Of a DNA stretch of 64,000 nucleotides, positions 46,100 through 55,261 are shown in pieces. A program made the position numbers and the translations under genes. The stretch is from Bacteroidales bacterium (GTDB taxonomy: Bacteria; Bacteroidota; Bacteroidia; Bacteroidales; UBA4417): positions 1,409,821 to 1,473,820 of the forward strand of contig OY782677.1 of the NCBI GenBank assembly GCA_963677975.1. The letters run 5' to 3'. Positions within the stretch are counted from its first letter, which is position 1. Each line of letters opens with the position of its first letter. Under the pieces are notes generated by a model. It was not told the DNA's origin. It searched no databases and saw nothing but the letters and a program-made list of their open reading frames with translations.

Positions 46100-47965
46100 A
46101 TGGATTATTCCTATTCTATATTGTACCGTTTTGGGTTCTTTATGTTTCTTTTTATTCAACCCGTTTTAAGTTATAGCCAGGAGTATGATGCAGTACTTTT
46201 AAAACAGCTATCAAATGTTGAAATTGTAAAAAATAAGTTAATTCAGACGCATTACTTCAGGATACGGATATTCAACCGCAAAGGAGACCGTTATGCCAAA
46301 GTTATTATTCCGTATAATAAAATCAGCCGGGTGTCAGATATTAGCGCTTCAATTTATGATAATTTGGGGAATAAGGTTCAGAAATTAAAAAAAAGCGACA
46401 TTATCCAGCGTAGTGCAGTATCAAACGTCAGCTTTTACACCGATACATATGTGAATGAGTTCTCAATGCGGAACCAGACTTATCCGTATACCTTTGAATA
46501 TTCATATACTGAAGAAGACGAGCAGTTTGTTTTTTTGTCCGACTGGATGCCTGTAATCGATCATGAAGTTCCAACGATTCAGGCAACTCTAAAGATGAAT
46601 GTTCCTGTTGATTATCCTGTTTTTTATCGGTCAAACGAGCTTGCCAATCCTGAAATTGATACAGTTGCCGGCAGAATTTACTATATCTGGAATGCTTCAT
46701 ATACAAATATTCTATCAGACGAAATATGGTCGCCTGAAATTCATCGCTTTCTGCCAAACGTGGAAATAGTGCCGGATCAGTTTCGCTATGAATGTGCGGG
46801 TTCAAACTCAAGCTGGAATGCCTATGGAGCCTGGAATTTGAGTCTGCTCGACGGCCTTGATGAACTACCTGTGTCCGAAAGAATAAAAATTCACTCTTTA
46901 ACGGATAGCATTCAGGGAGAAAAGGAAAAAATCAGGGAGCTGTTTCATTATCTTCAGGATGCAACCCGGTATATTAGCGTTTCAATTAAGACCGGAGGGA
47001 TGAAACCTTATCCGGCATCGTATGTTGCCGAAAAGAAATATGGCGATTGTAAGGCTTTGGCAAACTATTTTAAAGCATGTCTTTCGGTTATCGGAATCCG
47101 GTCGGATTATACTTTAATAAAGGCAGGTGAAGTTATCGACCCTATTGATACAGGTTTCCCTTCCCAGCAATTTAATCATGTGATACTTCTTATTCCACTC
47201 CAACAGGATAGCATTTGGCTTGATTGTACAAGTGATCTTGCATTCGGCTATCTTGGTACATTTACGCAAAACAGGAAAGCTCTTGTTCTGGGATTGAATG
47301 AGTGCAAACTGGTCAGCACTCCGGCTCTCTCGTACGATGATATTCTGGAAACCAGGAAAATAAACATATTGCTGAATGCCGACAATTCTATGCAATGTGA
47401 TTTTAAAGGTACTTGCCGGGGATATAAATACGAACTTCTTTCTGGTATTCTGTCAGAATTTAATGAATCGGAGCGTAAACAATATGTTGCAAGGTATATT
47501 ATTGATCCGGGGTTTGAGATGGAAAACTATTCTATTATTATGCCTGGACGTGATGACCCGGAAGCTATTCTTGCCTTCACTGCTTCAGCTGACCATTTTG
47601 TGAAAGTATATGGGAATGAGGCTATGCTTAAAATTATACCGTTGCAGTTTAATACCCTCGAAGAACCAAAGAAAAGGCAAATGCCTGTTCAGGTTAATTA
47701 TCCTGTAAATAAGTCAGATTCAATAATATATTCAATTCCGGCATGTTACAAGGTGTCCGCAATTCCTGAGAACGTCAAAATCAGCTCGGCGTATGGTGAA
47801 TACGAAGCCGGGTTTTCACGTGCAGGAAATACAGTTCAGGTAGCCAAGAGGTTTGTAATCAAATCAGGCACAATAGGGGTAAAAGACTATCCTGAATTTT
47901 ATAATTTCAGAAATCGCATTATTGAAGCAGAAAATTCTCTATATATCACATTATTAAAACAATAG
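46100..47965 (+). CDS. DUF3857 / transglutaminase-like domain protein (catalytic triad residues present)
   Basis: The ORF track starts at a GTG at 46079, and the ATG at 46100 gives a signal-like N-terminus. The transglutaminase-core residues are YGDCKALANYF (Cys), FNHVILL (His) and WLDCTSD (Asp). Confidence 0.7.
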   Translation: MDYSYSILYRFGFFMFLFIQPVLSYSQEYDAVLLKQLSNVEIVKNKLIQTHYFRIRIFNRKGDRYAKVIIPYNKISRVSDISASIYDNLGNKVQKLKKSDIIQRSAVSNVSFYTDTYVNEFSMRNQTYPYTFEYSYTEEDEQFVFLSDWMPVIDHEVPTIQATLKMNVPVDYPVFYRSNELANPEIDTVAGRIYYIWNASYTNILSDEIWSPEIHRFLPNVEIVPDQFRYECAGSNSSWNAYGAWNLSLLDGLDELPVSERIKIHSLTDSIQGEKEKIRELFHYLQDATRYISVSIKTGGMKPYPASYVAEKKYGDCKALANYFKACLSVIGIRSDYTLIKAGEVIDPIDTGFPSQQFNHVILLIPLQQDSIWLDCTSDLAFGYLGTFTQNRKALVLGLNECKLVSTPALSYDDILETRKINILLNADNSMQCDFKGTCRGYKYELLSGILSEFNESERKQYVARYIIDPGFEMENYSIIMPGRDDPEAILAFTASADHFVKVYGNEAMLKIIPLQFNTLEEPKKRQMPVQVNYPVNKSDSIIYSIPACYKVSAIPENVKISSAYGEYEAGFSRAGNTVQVAKRFVIKSGTIGVKDYPEFYNFRNRIIEAENSLYITLLKQ

Positions 47966-47966
47966 C

Positions 47967-49928
47967 ATGAAAAAACTCATTATTTTAATTTTGATACTGT
48001 TGCCTGGTTTCTGTCCGGTGTTTGCCCAGGGCTACTTCGACAAAGCCGGTAAAATCAGCCAGGCTGAGGCCGATATGACCTCATGCAGCTTCGACCCGAA
48101 AGCTGATGCTGTAGTGCTCTTCGATGTAGGAGAATCAAGTTTTATCAGATCAGAAGAAGGGTTCGATGTTTTATACCGGCGTATTACTAGGATAAAAATT
48201 CTGAATGAAGCCGGGAAAAAATATGCCGAAGTATCAATACCATACTACAAGGAAGGTAATATTTCGGAGAAAGTTACAATTGAAAGAGCGGCTACTTACA
48301 ACAAATCGGATGGCGTTGGTTTAAAAATAACCATTCTAGATCCCAAGGCCTGCTACGATGAAAAAGAAACCAAAAACTGGAGGCTCAAAAAGTTTGCGAT
48401 GCCTGATGTTAAGCCAGGTTCAATTATCGAATACGTGTACACTATAAGTTCACAATATCATTTTAACCTGCGCGACTGGGAATTTCAATGGGAGATACCT
48501 GTTCTTTACAGCTTCTACGAAACCCGTATGATTCCTTTTTATGAATACACCTGGCTGCTTCAGGGGAGGCAAAAGCTGGATGAATATGAAACATATGTCG
48601 ATGAGATGAGCCTTAAAAAGCAGTTCAATTCAATTTCTTTTAACGATGTAGTCTATAAATTTGGACTAAAAAATGTACCCGCTTTTAACGATGAGGAGTT
48701 TATTCCTTCGCGTGAAGATTATATTATTAAAATCAACTTTCAGCTGTCAGCAGTATTTCCTTCAACGGGTGGAAAAATCAACATAATGACTACCTGGCCC
48801 CAGCTTGTGAGTGATTACCTGAAAAACGATGATTTTGGGAAATATGTAAAAAAAAGCGGAAAGAATTCATCTGCTGTGTTAAGCCAGGATTCACTCACAG
48901 TCAAAACACAATTGCAGAAATTTAATTATATTGTTAATTATGCAAAGGATAACTTTAAATGGAACCAGGAAAATAGTCAGTTCTCAGACAAGTCCCCCTC
49001 CGACCTGCTTAAGGATAAAATTGGTAACAGTGCTGATATTAATCTGTGGGTAGTGGGAGCGATGCAGGAAGCCGGTCTGGAGGCTTATCCAATAGTGTTG
49101 AGCACCCGAAGGCATGGGAAAATCATTTCTGATTTTCCGTTCAGTGATGCCTTCAATACCGTTGCTGTTTTTGCCTACATTGATTCAAAGCCTGTTCTCA
49201 CCGACGCTACTGATCCTCTTTGCCAGAATTATAGATTACCTATTCAGTATATGAATGATAAAGGGCTTGTTATTGATAAAGGCGATCCGAAATGGGTCAG
49301 CCTACAGAGCCCGGCTATATCAAAACTCACTACTAATATTAAAATCGATTCTATCGGGCTCAATCAAACTGCAACAGTTTTGAATATTGCCACTGAATAT
49401 GAAGCACTCTCAATGAGAAACAAATACGCAGGGGATCCAAAGAAATTTAATGATTATTTAAGCGAAAATGAATATCAGATTGAGGAAGGATCTCTTGTTG
49501 AAAAAAATAGTTATGACCGTGAAAAACCTTATTTCTACAGCTATAAATTAAAAAACAAGACAGAAGTTGTGAACGGTAAAATCTATATTCAGCCTTTTCT
49601 TCACGAAACTTTTTCCGATAATCCGTTAAAACAAAAGACGCGAACCTACCCGGTTGACCTCACCTACCCGGTACGAAGGACTTATTTAGCCGAAATTGTA
49701 GTGCCCGAAGGTTATATAGTACAGTATTTACCCGAGAAATCTATGCTTGATGACGAACTGTTCGATCTTGAATATACTGCCGTTCAGAATGATAATCGTG
49801 TGAATGTTTCTTTTACTTATACATTTAAAAATTCGGTGTATCCGCCTGAAGTGTATCCGAGGGTAAAAACTATGTTTGACCGAATTGTAAAGAAAGGTTC
49901 AGAAAAAATTGTTCTGGTCAGAAAATAA
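47967..49928 (+). CDS. DUF3857 / transglutaminase-like domain protein (degenerate active site)
   Basis: 653 aa with a signal peptide. Its architecture matches the upstream gene. The equivalent positions read IGNSADINLW (Cys to Ser) and FNTVAVF (His to Thr), while the Asp in LTDATD is retained. It starts 2 nt after the upstream stop. Confidence 0.7.
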   Translation: MKKLIILILILLPGFCPVFAQGYFDKAGKISQAEADMTSCSFDPKADAVVLFDVGESSFIRSEEGFDVLYRRITRIKILNEAGKKYAEVSIPYYKEGNISEKVTIERAATYNKSDGVGLKITILDPKACYDEKETKNWRLKKFAMPDVKPGSIIEYVYTISSQYHFNLRDWEFQWEIPVLYSFYETRMIPFYEYTWLLQGRQKLDEYETYVDEMSLKKQFNSISFNDVVYKFGLKNVPAFNDEEFIPSREDYIIKINFQLSAVFPSTGGKINIMTTWPQLVSDYLKNDDFGKYVKKSGKNSSAVLSQDSLTVKTQLQKFNYIVNYAKDNFKWNQENSQFSDKSPSDLLKDKIGNSADINLWVVGAMQEAGLEAYPIVLSTRRHGKIISDFPFSDAFNTVAVFAYIDSKPVLTDATDPLCQNYRLPIQYMNDKGLVIDKGDPKWVSLQSPAISKLTTNIKIDSIGLNQTATVLNIATEYEALSMRNKYAGDPKKFNDYLSENEYQIEEGSLVEKNSYDREKPYFYSYKLKNKTEVVNGKIYIQPFLHETFSDNPLKQKTRTYPVDLTYPVRRTYLAEIVVPEGYIVQYLPEKSMLDDELFDLEYTAVQNDNRVNVSFTYTFKNSVYPPEVYPRVKTMFDRIVKKGSEKIVLVRK

Positions 49929-49930
49929 AA

Positions 49931-49960
49931 AATGACCAGGCAGCCCGCCAGGTCATTTTT
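49931..49960. terminator. Rho-independent terminator
   Basis: Stem AATGACC.GG / CC.GGTCATT with a 7-nt loop, an A-run before it and T-run after it. Confidence 0.8.
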
Positions 49961-50041
49961 GTACAGGTAACTCCCAGCGTTCATGCTAAATGAACTGGAG
50001 AATACTGCGAATCACTTTAAAGAATGCAATCTGTGTGATTT

Positions 50042-50278
50042 CTACAGATTGATTGCTTCTACCGATTTTATTTCGGGTATAGCCTTACGCATTGCGTCCT
50101 CAACACCGTTTTTAAGCGTCATCCGGCTGAAAGGGCACGATCCACATGCTCCCTGAAGTTCAACATTAACTACATTGTCGCCTGTAAGTTCAACAAAACT
50201 AATATCTCCGCCATCAGCCTGGAGGTAAGGACGGATCTGCTCAATTACATTGCGTACTTTGGTTTCTAATTCTGACAT
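50042..50278 (-). CDS. NifU-like (Nfu) Fe-S cluster assembly protein
   Basis: 78 aa with the motifs IRPYLQADGGDI and GACGSCP typical of the NifU C-terminal domain. Confidence 0.85.
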   Translation of the reverse strand: MSELETKVRNVIEQIRPYLQADGGDISFVELTGDNVVNVELQGACGSCPFSRMTLKNGVEDAMRKAIPEIKSVEAINL

Positions 50279-50345
50279 GTGCTTTTGTTTTATGGGTTGT
50301 TTGTTTTCTGGAAATGTATTTTTATCAATTTCGATAGCTGATAGT

Positions 50346-51449
50346 TTAAGATTTAATCTCTACTATCTGGGTTGGATCGAGACTTGCGTTCCTGATAGCA
50401 ATCTGTTGTGCAATTGATTCGGCCAGCTGGCGGAATGCCAATGCAACCGGCGATGATTCATCAAGAGTGGCAACAGGGCTTCCGCTGTCGCCCGATTCGC
50501 AGATACTCTGAACCAAAGGTATCTGGCCGAGAAGCGGTACACCAATTTCTTCAGCAAATCGTTTCCCGCCTTCTTTCCCGAAAATATAATATTTGTTTTC
50601 AGGTAATTCGGCTGGTGTGAACCAGGCCATGTTTTCAACAAGACCCAGAACCGGTACTTTTACGCTTTCGGTTGTAAACATATTGTAGGCTTTGCGTGCA
50701 TCAGCTAATGCAACCTCCTGCGGGGTTGTTACAATGGCAACACCAGTAACAGGCACGGTTTGAACAAGGGTGAGGTGAATATCCCCTGTTCCGGGAGGCA
50801 TGTCAATAACCAGATAATCGAGTTCTCCCCAGTCGCCGCCGGTTAGCATTTGCGTAAGGTAATTGGATGCCATAGGACCACGCCACACAAGGGCCTTTTT
50901 CGGATCTACAAAAAAGCCGATGGATAAGAGTTTGATCCCGTATTTCTCCATGGGTTCGAGGATGGTGCGACCGTCTTCCTCACGGGCTTTCGGATGAGCA
51001 TCTACCAAGTCGAACATCAGCGGAACTGAAGGTCCGTAAATGTCGGCATCGAGTAATCCTACTTTTGCACCAAGTTGTGAAAGCGCTACTGCAAGGTTCG
51101 CCGAAACAGTTGATTTCCCTACTCCACCTTTACCCGAAACTACTGCAATAATGTTTTTTACACCTTTAAGCATAGTGTCGTCGGGTCCGCGACGGGTGGT
51201 TGTACGCGACGAAAGCTCTACTGTTACTTCTGCATAAGGATCAACCCGTCCGAGAATGGCTTTAACACAGTCGTTCTTCATTTTATCTTTCATCGGGCAG
51301 GCAGGAGTAGTAAGAACTAACTTCATGCTTACCTTTTTCCCGTCTATTTCAATATCTTCAATCATGCCCAGCGATATAACATCCTTGTGTAAATCGGGGT
51401 CATGTACGAATTTTAATGCATTGATTACTTGCTCTTTAGTAATAGCCAT
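50346..51449 (-). CDS. Mrp/NBP35 (ApbC) family Fe-S cluster carrier ATPase with an N-terminal DUF59 domain
   Basis: 367 aa with the deviant Walker A SGKGGVGKST and a CxxC-like CESGDSG region. It lies next to the nifU-like gene. Confidence 0.9.
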   Translation of the reverse strand: MAITKEQVINALKFVHDPDLHKDVISLGMIEDIEIDGKKVSMKLVLTTPACPMKDKMKNDCVKAILGRVDPYAEVTVELSSRTTTRRGPDDTMLKGVKNIIAVVSGKGGVGKSTVSANLAVALSQLGAKVGLLDADIYGPSVPLMFDLVDAHPKAREEDGRTILEPMEKYGIKLLSIGFFVDPKKALVWRGPMASNYLTQMLTGGDWGELDYLVIDMPPGTGDIHLTLVQTVPVTGVAIVTTPQEVALADARKAYNMFTTESVKVPVLGLVENMAWFTPAELPENKYYIFGKEGGKRFAEEIGVPLLGQIPLVQSICESGDSGSPVATLDESSPVALAFRQLAESIAQQIAIRNASLDPTQIVEIKS

Positions 51450-51589
51450 TACGTGATTCCTTATTTTTATTTAGAATGTGTAAAGATAATTTAATTAATG
51501 ATATGCAATCAGTATTTTGGAAATATTATAAGTGTGCCAACCTGAAATGGAAGAGCTAGCAGCCGGATATAATTATTGCATAATAAAAA

Positions 51590-51620
51590 AACCTTCCGGT
51601 AATTATGCTGCCGGAAGGTT
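51590..51620 (-). terminator. Rho-independent terminator of glnN
   Basis: 10-bp stem AACCTTCCGG / CCGGAAGGTT with an 11-nt loop. On the minus strand it is followed by TTTTTTTTATTAT. Confidence 0.75.
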
Positions 51621-51646
51621 TTAAAAAAATGTATGCTGTTCTCGGT

Positions 51647-53836
51647 TTATCTGATGAAAAGAAGCTCGCGGTATTTTGGCAATGGCCATTTTTCATTATC
51701 CACAATCAGTTCAAGCTTATCGATATGATACCGGATAATATCGAAATAGGGGAAGATTTTTGTTGCATATTCGAGGGCGCGTTCGCGTGCATCCTCAATG
51801 GTATTTGCGTTTTTGCGGGCATCGGTCATCTCTCCGACATTGGTTTCGATTTTCTCAACATGATCCGAAATTTCCTTGATAAGTTTAAGCCTTCGCGATG
51901 CAAGAGTGTTATATTCTTCTTCACTGTAAAGATTTTTCATGCCCTGGGTACTGTTGATAAGCATGGCCTGGTATTCGATTACAGTAGGCAGTATGTGGTT
52001 TTTTGCAAGGTCATTTAATACGCGGGCCTCAATCTGGATCTTTTTCACATATAACTCGTGCCGGACTTCGGTTCGTGCTTCCATTTCAATATCGGTATAT
52101 ACATTGGCACGTTTGAAAAGCTCACGGGTCTGTGGTGTAAGGTAAGCATCATAAATCAGGGGAACAATGGCTTCGCAGTCGAGTCCCCGTGCGGCAGCTT
52201 CAGCTTTCCATTCCTCGCTGTAGCCATTTCCGTCGAAACGTATGGGTTTCGATTTGGTAATCAAACGTCGCAACACTTTCAATATGGCTTCATCTTTTTT
52301 AACCCCCTTTTCAATAATCGCATCCACTTCAGTTTTAAAGTCAACGAGTTGTACAGCCAGGGCTGTGTTAAGCGGTATCATGGCTGAAGCACAGTTTGCT
52401 GACGATCCTACGGCGCGAAATTCGAAACGGTTACCGGTAAAAGCAAAGGGCGAAGTGCGGTTGCGATCAGTATTATCCAGTAATATTTCAGGAATCTTGC
52501 CGATATCCAGTTTTATAGCTGTCTTCTGTTCCGGAGACATTTTTTCGTCGGTAACTCGTTGTTCAATTTCATCAAGCATACGCGTAAGCTGCTGCCCCAG
52601 GAAAGCGGATATAATTGCCGGAGGGGCTTCGTTTGCACCCAGTCGGTGCTGGTTGCCCGGCGAAGCTATCGAAGCTTTAAGTAGGGCATTGTGTTTGTGA
52701 ACAGCAACCAGCGTATTAATGAGGAAAGTGAGAAATTGAAGGTTCAACCTTGGTGTTTTACCAGGTGATAAAAGGTTAACACCCGTATTCGTACTTACTG
52801 ACCAGTTGTTGTGTTTCCCCGAACCATTAATGCCCGAAAACGGTTTTTCGTGCAACAGCACCTTAAAATTGTGACGACTGGCTACCTTGCGCATAACCAT
52901 CATTATCAGCAGGTTGTGATCGTTGGCCAGGTTCGTTTCTTCATACACAGGGGCTAGTTCGTATTGGTTCGGGGCCACTTCATTGTGACGGGTCTTGAGC
53001 GGGATACCTAGTTTATAGGATTCGTACTCCATATCTTTCATAAAAGCAAGTACCCGGCTGGGTATCTGACCGAAATACTGATCTTCAAGCTGTTGATTCT
53101 TTGCTGATGCATGTCCGAGCAGGGTTCGGTCAGTCAGTACAAGGTCGGGCCGCGCATTATAAACCGATTCGTCTACAAGAAAATATTCTTGTTCCCAACC
53201 CAGGTTGCTGTTAACTTTTGTGACATCCTTATCAAAATACTGGCATACGTCTACAGCAGCTTTGTCGAGGTAATGTAAGGCTTTCAGCAAAGGTGTCTTG
53301 TAATCGAGGGCTTCGCCGGTATAAGAAATGAAAATGGTTGGAATTATAAGTGTATCGTCCATAACAAATGCCGGCGACGATGGATCCCAGGCCGTATATC
53401 CGCGGGCTTCGAATGTATTTCGGATACCGCCGCTCGGAAAACTTGAGGCATCGGGTTCTTGTTGAACTAGTAATTCGCCCGAAAATACTTCGATGGCTGT
53501 TCCCCGGCCGGTCGGAACGGTAAAAGTATCGTGTTTTTCAGCTGTGCTTTCAGTGAGTGGCTGAAACCAGTGAGTATAATGAGTTGCTCCCAGGCTCATA
53601 GCCCAGCTTTTCATTCCCATGGCAATCTGGTCGGCTAATTTCAGCTCGATACGTTTTCCGAGGTCAATCGCATCAATTACCGCTTTAAGGGCATCTTTCG
53701 GGAGATATTTTTCCATTTTAACCCTATCGAACACATGTAGGCCAAAATAATCAGAAGTTTTGTCGCCGGGAGCATTTATTTCGACCGGTTTCCTGTTGAG
53801 GGCATCCTGCAATGCTCTGAATCTTAAAGTTGCCAT
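51647..53836 (-). CDS. glnN: Glutamine synthetase type III
   Basis: 729 aa, the size of a GSIII enzyme, with the typical N-terminus (ALNRKPVEI..P..K.SDYFG..VF), a central catalytic domain (HNEVAPNQYE) and a long C-terminal extension. Confidence 0.9.
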   Translation of the reverse strand: MATLRFRALQDALNRKPVEINAPGDKTSDYFGLHVFDRVKMEKYLPKDALKAVIDAIDLGKRIELKLADQIAMGMKSWAMSLGATHYTHWFQPLTESTAEKHDTFTVPTGRGTAIEVFSGELLVQQEPDASSFPSGGIRNTFEARGYTAWDPSSPAFVMDDTLIIPTIFISYTGEALDYKTPLLKALHYLDKAAVDVCQYFDKDVTKVNSNLGWEQEYFLVDESVYNARPDLVLTDRTLLGHASAKNQQLEDQYFGQIPSRVLAFMKDMEYESYKLGIPLKTRHNEVAPNQYELAPVYEETNLANDHNLLIMMVMRKVASRHNFKVLLHEKPFSGINGSGKHNNWSVSTNTGVNLLSPGKTPRLNLQFLTFLINTLVAVHKHNALLKASIASPGNQHRLGANEAPPAIISAFLGQQLTRMLDEIEQRVTDEKMSPEQKTAIKLDIGKIPEILLDNTDRNRTSPFAFTGNRFEFRAVGSSANCASAMIPLNTALAVQLVDFKTEVDAIIEKGVKKDEAILKVLRRLITKSKPIRFDGNGYSEEWKAEAAARGLDCEAIVPLIYDAYLTPQTRELFKRANVYTDIEMEARTEVRHELYVKKIQIEARVLNDLAKNHILPTVIEYQAMLINSTQGMKNLYSEEEYNTLASRRLKLIKEISDHVEKIETNVGEMTDARKNANTIEDARERALEYATKIFPYFDIIRYHIDKLELIVDNEKWPLPKYRELLFIR

Positions 53837-53863
53837 AAAAAATCTGTTTTTAAGTAATTAGTG

Positions 53864-53871
53864 CAAAAATA
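53864..53871 (-). promoter_or_regulatory. Candidate -7 promoter box (TATTTTTG on the minus strand) for glnN
   Basis: Matches TAnnTTTG, about 28 nt upstream of the glnN ATG. Confidence 0.4.
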
Positions 53872-54160
53872 GAAATTATTATTATTTGACCCCATAAAAA
53901 GTGGTACATAGTCTAAAAAATTTATAAAAAATATCATTTACCCCCTTATATATTAGATGGTACTTTGAAAAATTATACAAAATATTTAAAAAATCAATTA
54001 TTCCGCGTTTGTAAAATCACCTTATAAGTGATTCAAATCAAAAATGAAACCTGTACATTCAAAGATGAATGTAAACCGGAAAAAGAATAAGTGTAGGCTG
54101 GATTGTCAACCGGGGGCAGGCTGAATTATTAGGTCCCCAATGGTGATATATATGAAAGAT

Positions 54161-54499
54161 CTAGAATGCCAATTCTTTAGATGGATCCCAGAACAATTCA
54201 CCGAATTTAATTATCTGGTCGCCGATAATTACGATGCCTTCGCTTTCGAGTAATTGCCTCATAGTATCCTGTCCGCCAAAATGATGCTTGCCTGTAAGCA
54301 AGCCGTTACGGTTCACCACCCTGTGAGCAGGAATATGTTGAAGCTGATTGTGCGAAGCATTCATGGCCCAGCCAACCATGCGCGAAGAGCCGCCTGTGCC
54401 TAGGTACCGTGCAATAGCGCCGTAGGATGTAACTCTTCCGAAAGGGATAAGTTCCACTACCTGGTACACTTTTTCGAAAAATGAGATTTCGGCAGGCAC
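54161..54499 (-). CDS. MGMT-family DNA-binding domain protein lacking the catalytic Cys (alkyltransferase-like, ATL)
   Basis: 112 aa with the GRVTSYG.IA motif. The active-site position reads IPAHRVVN instead of PCHRV. Confidence 0.75.
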   Translation of the reverse strand: MPAEISFFEKVYQVVELIPFGRVTSYGAIARYLGTGGSSRMVGWAMNASHNQLQHIPAHRVVNRNGLLTGKHHFGGQDTMRQLLESEGIVIIGDQIIKFGELFWDPSKELAF

Positions 54500-54520
54500 A
54501 ATTAATAGATTTTATACGGA

Positions 54521-55198
54521 TTATTCCTTCAGCCTGAACCTCAGGTATTTGATTGTAAATCCCTGTTCCAGCCAGATTTTTTCGTAATGTGTCTGAACAT
54601 CAATTACATCCCTGACTTCAGGATCGCCTGGATTGGCATACAGATCGCTGTTGTTGTACAATAGCTCATGACCGCCTTCGCTGATAATCTCAAGGGTATA
54701 GGTATAAAATAAATCGCTGTCGGTTTTCAGGTGTATAATACCTCCAGGCTTAATAATCTGCCGGTACCTTTCGATAAACTGGGGTGAAGTAAAGCGTTTG
54801 CTGTGCCTGGGGCTGTTTGGCTGCGGCTCGGGGAATGTAATCCATATTTCGTCAATTTCGGCGGGTCCGAAGACCATCCCGATGTTTTCGGCACGTGTAC
54901 GTACAAAAGCTACATTGGACCGTTTCTCTTCATTGCTCGTTTTTGCCCCACGCCACATGCGGGCTCCTTTTTTGTCAATTCCGATAAAATTCCGGTTGGG
55001 ATATTTATTCGACAGGTCGACCGTGTATTCGCCTTTCCCGCAGCCCATTTCGATACTGATAGGGTTTGTATTAAAAAAGAAATCGGTATTCCATTTACCC
55101 CGTAACAAAAATCCTGCAGAAAGTTCTTCCCAGTCCGGTTGAAAAAAATGATTGAAAGTTGCGTTTTCAGCAAAACGTTCGAGTTTCCTCTTTGCCAA
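54521..55198 (-). CDS. trmB: tRNA (guanine-N7)-methyltransferase
   Basis: 225 aa with the motifs IE.GCGKGEY, FIGID and FPDPW-like (FPEPQP) typical of TrmB. Confidence 0.9.
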   Translation of the reverse strand: MAKRKLERFAENATFNHFFQPDWEELSAGFLLRGKWNTDFFFNTNPISIEMGCGKGEYTVDLSNKYPNRNFIGIDKKGARMWRGAKTSNEEKRSNVAFVRTRAENIGMVFGPAEIDEIWITFPEPQPNSPRHSKRFTSPQFIERYRQIIKPGGIIHLKTDSDLFYTYTLEIISEGGHELLYNNSDLYANPGDPEVRDVIDVQTHYEKIWLEQGFTIKYLRFRLKE

Positions 55199-55261
55199 GG
55201 GTAAATTGTTTTGTAAAGTTGTTTATTTGAAATGGGGCTTTGATAAGAAATTTATTTTGCC

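Noticed and set aside
53837-54160. The 325-bp AT-rich region upstream of glnN, inspected for a nitrogen-responsive RNA element (such as a glutamine riboswitch) or a small gene.
   Set aside because: I could find no stable conserved-looking helices or known motif by eye. The only ORF is a 26-codon peptide with no supporting features. The region looks like an ordinary AT-rich promoter region with a TATTTTTG -7 box.
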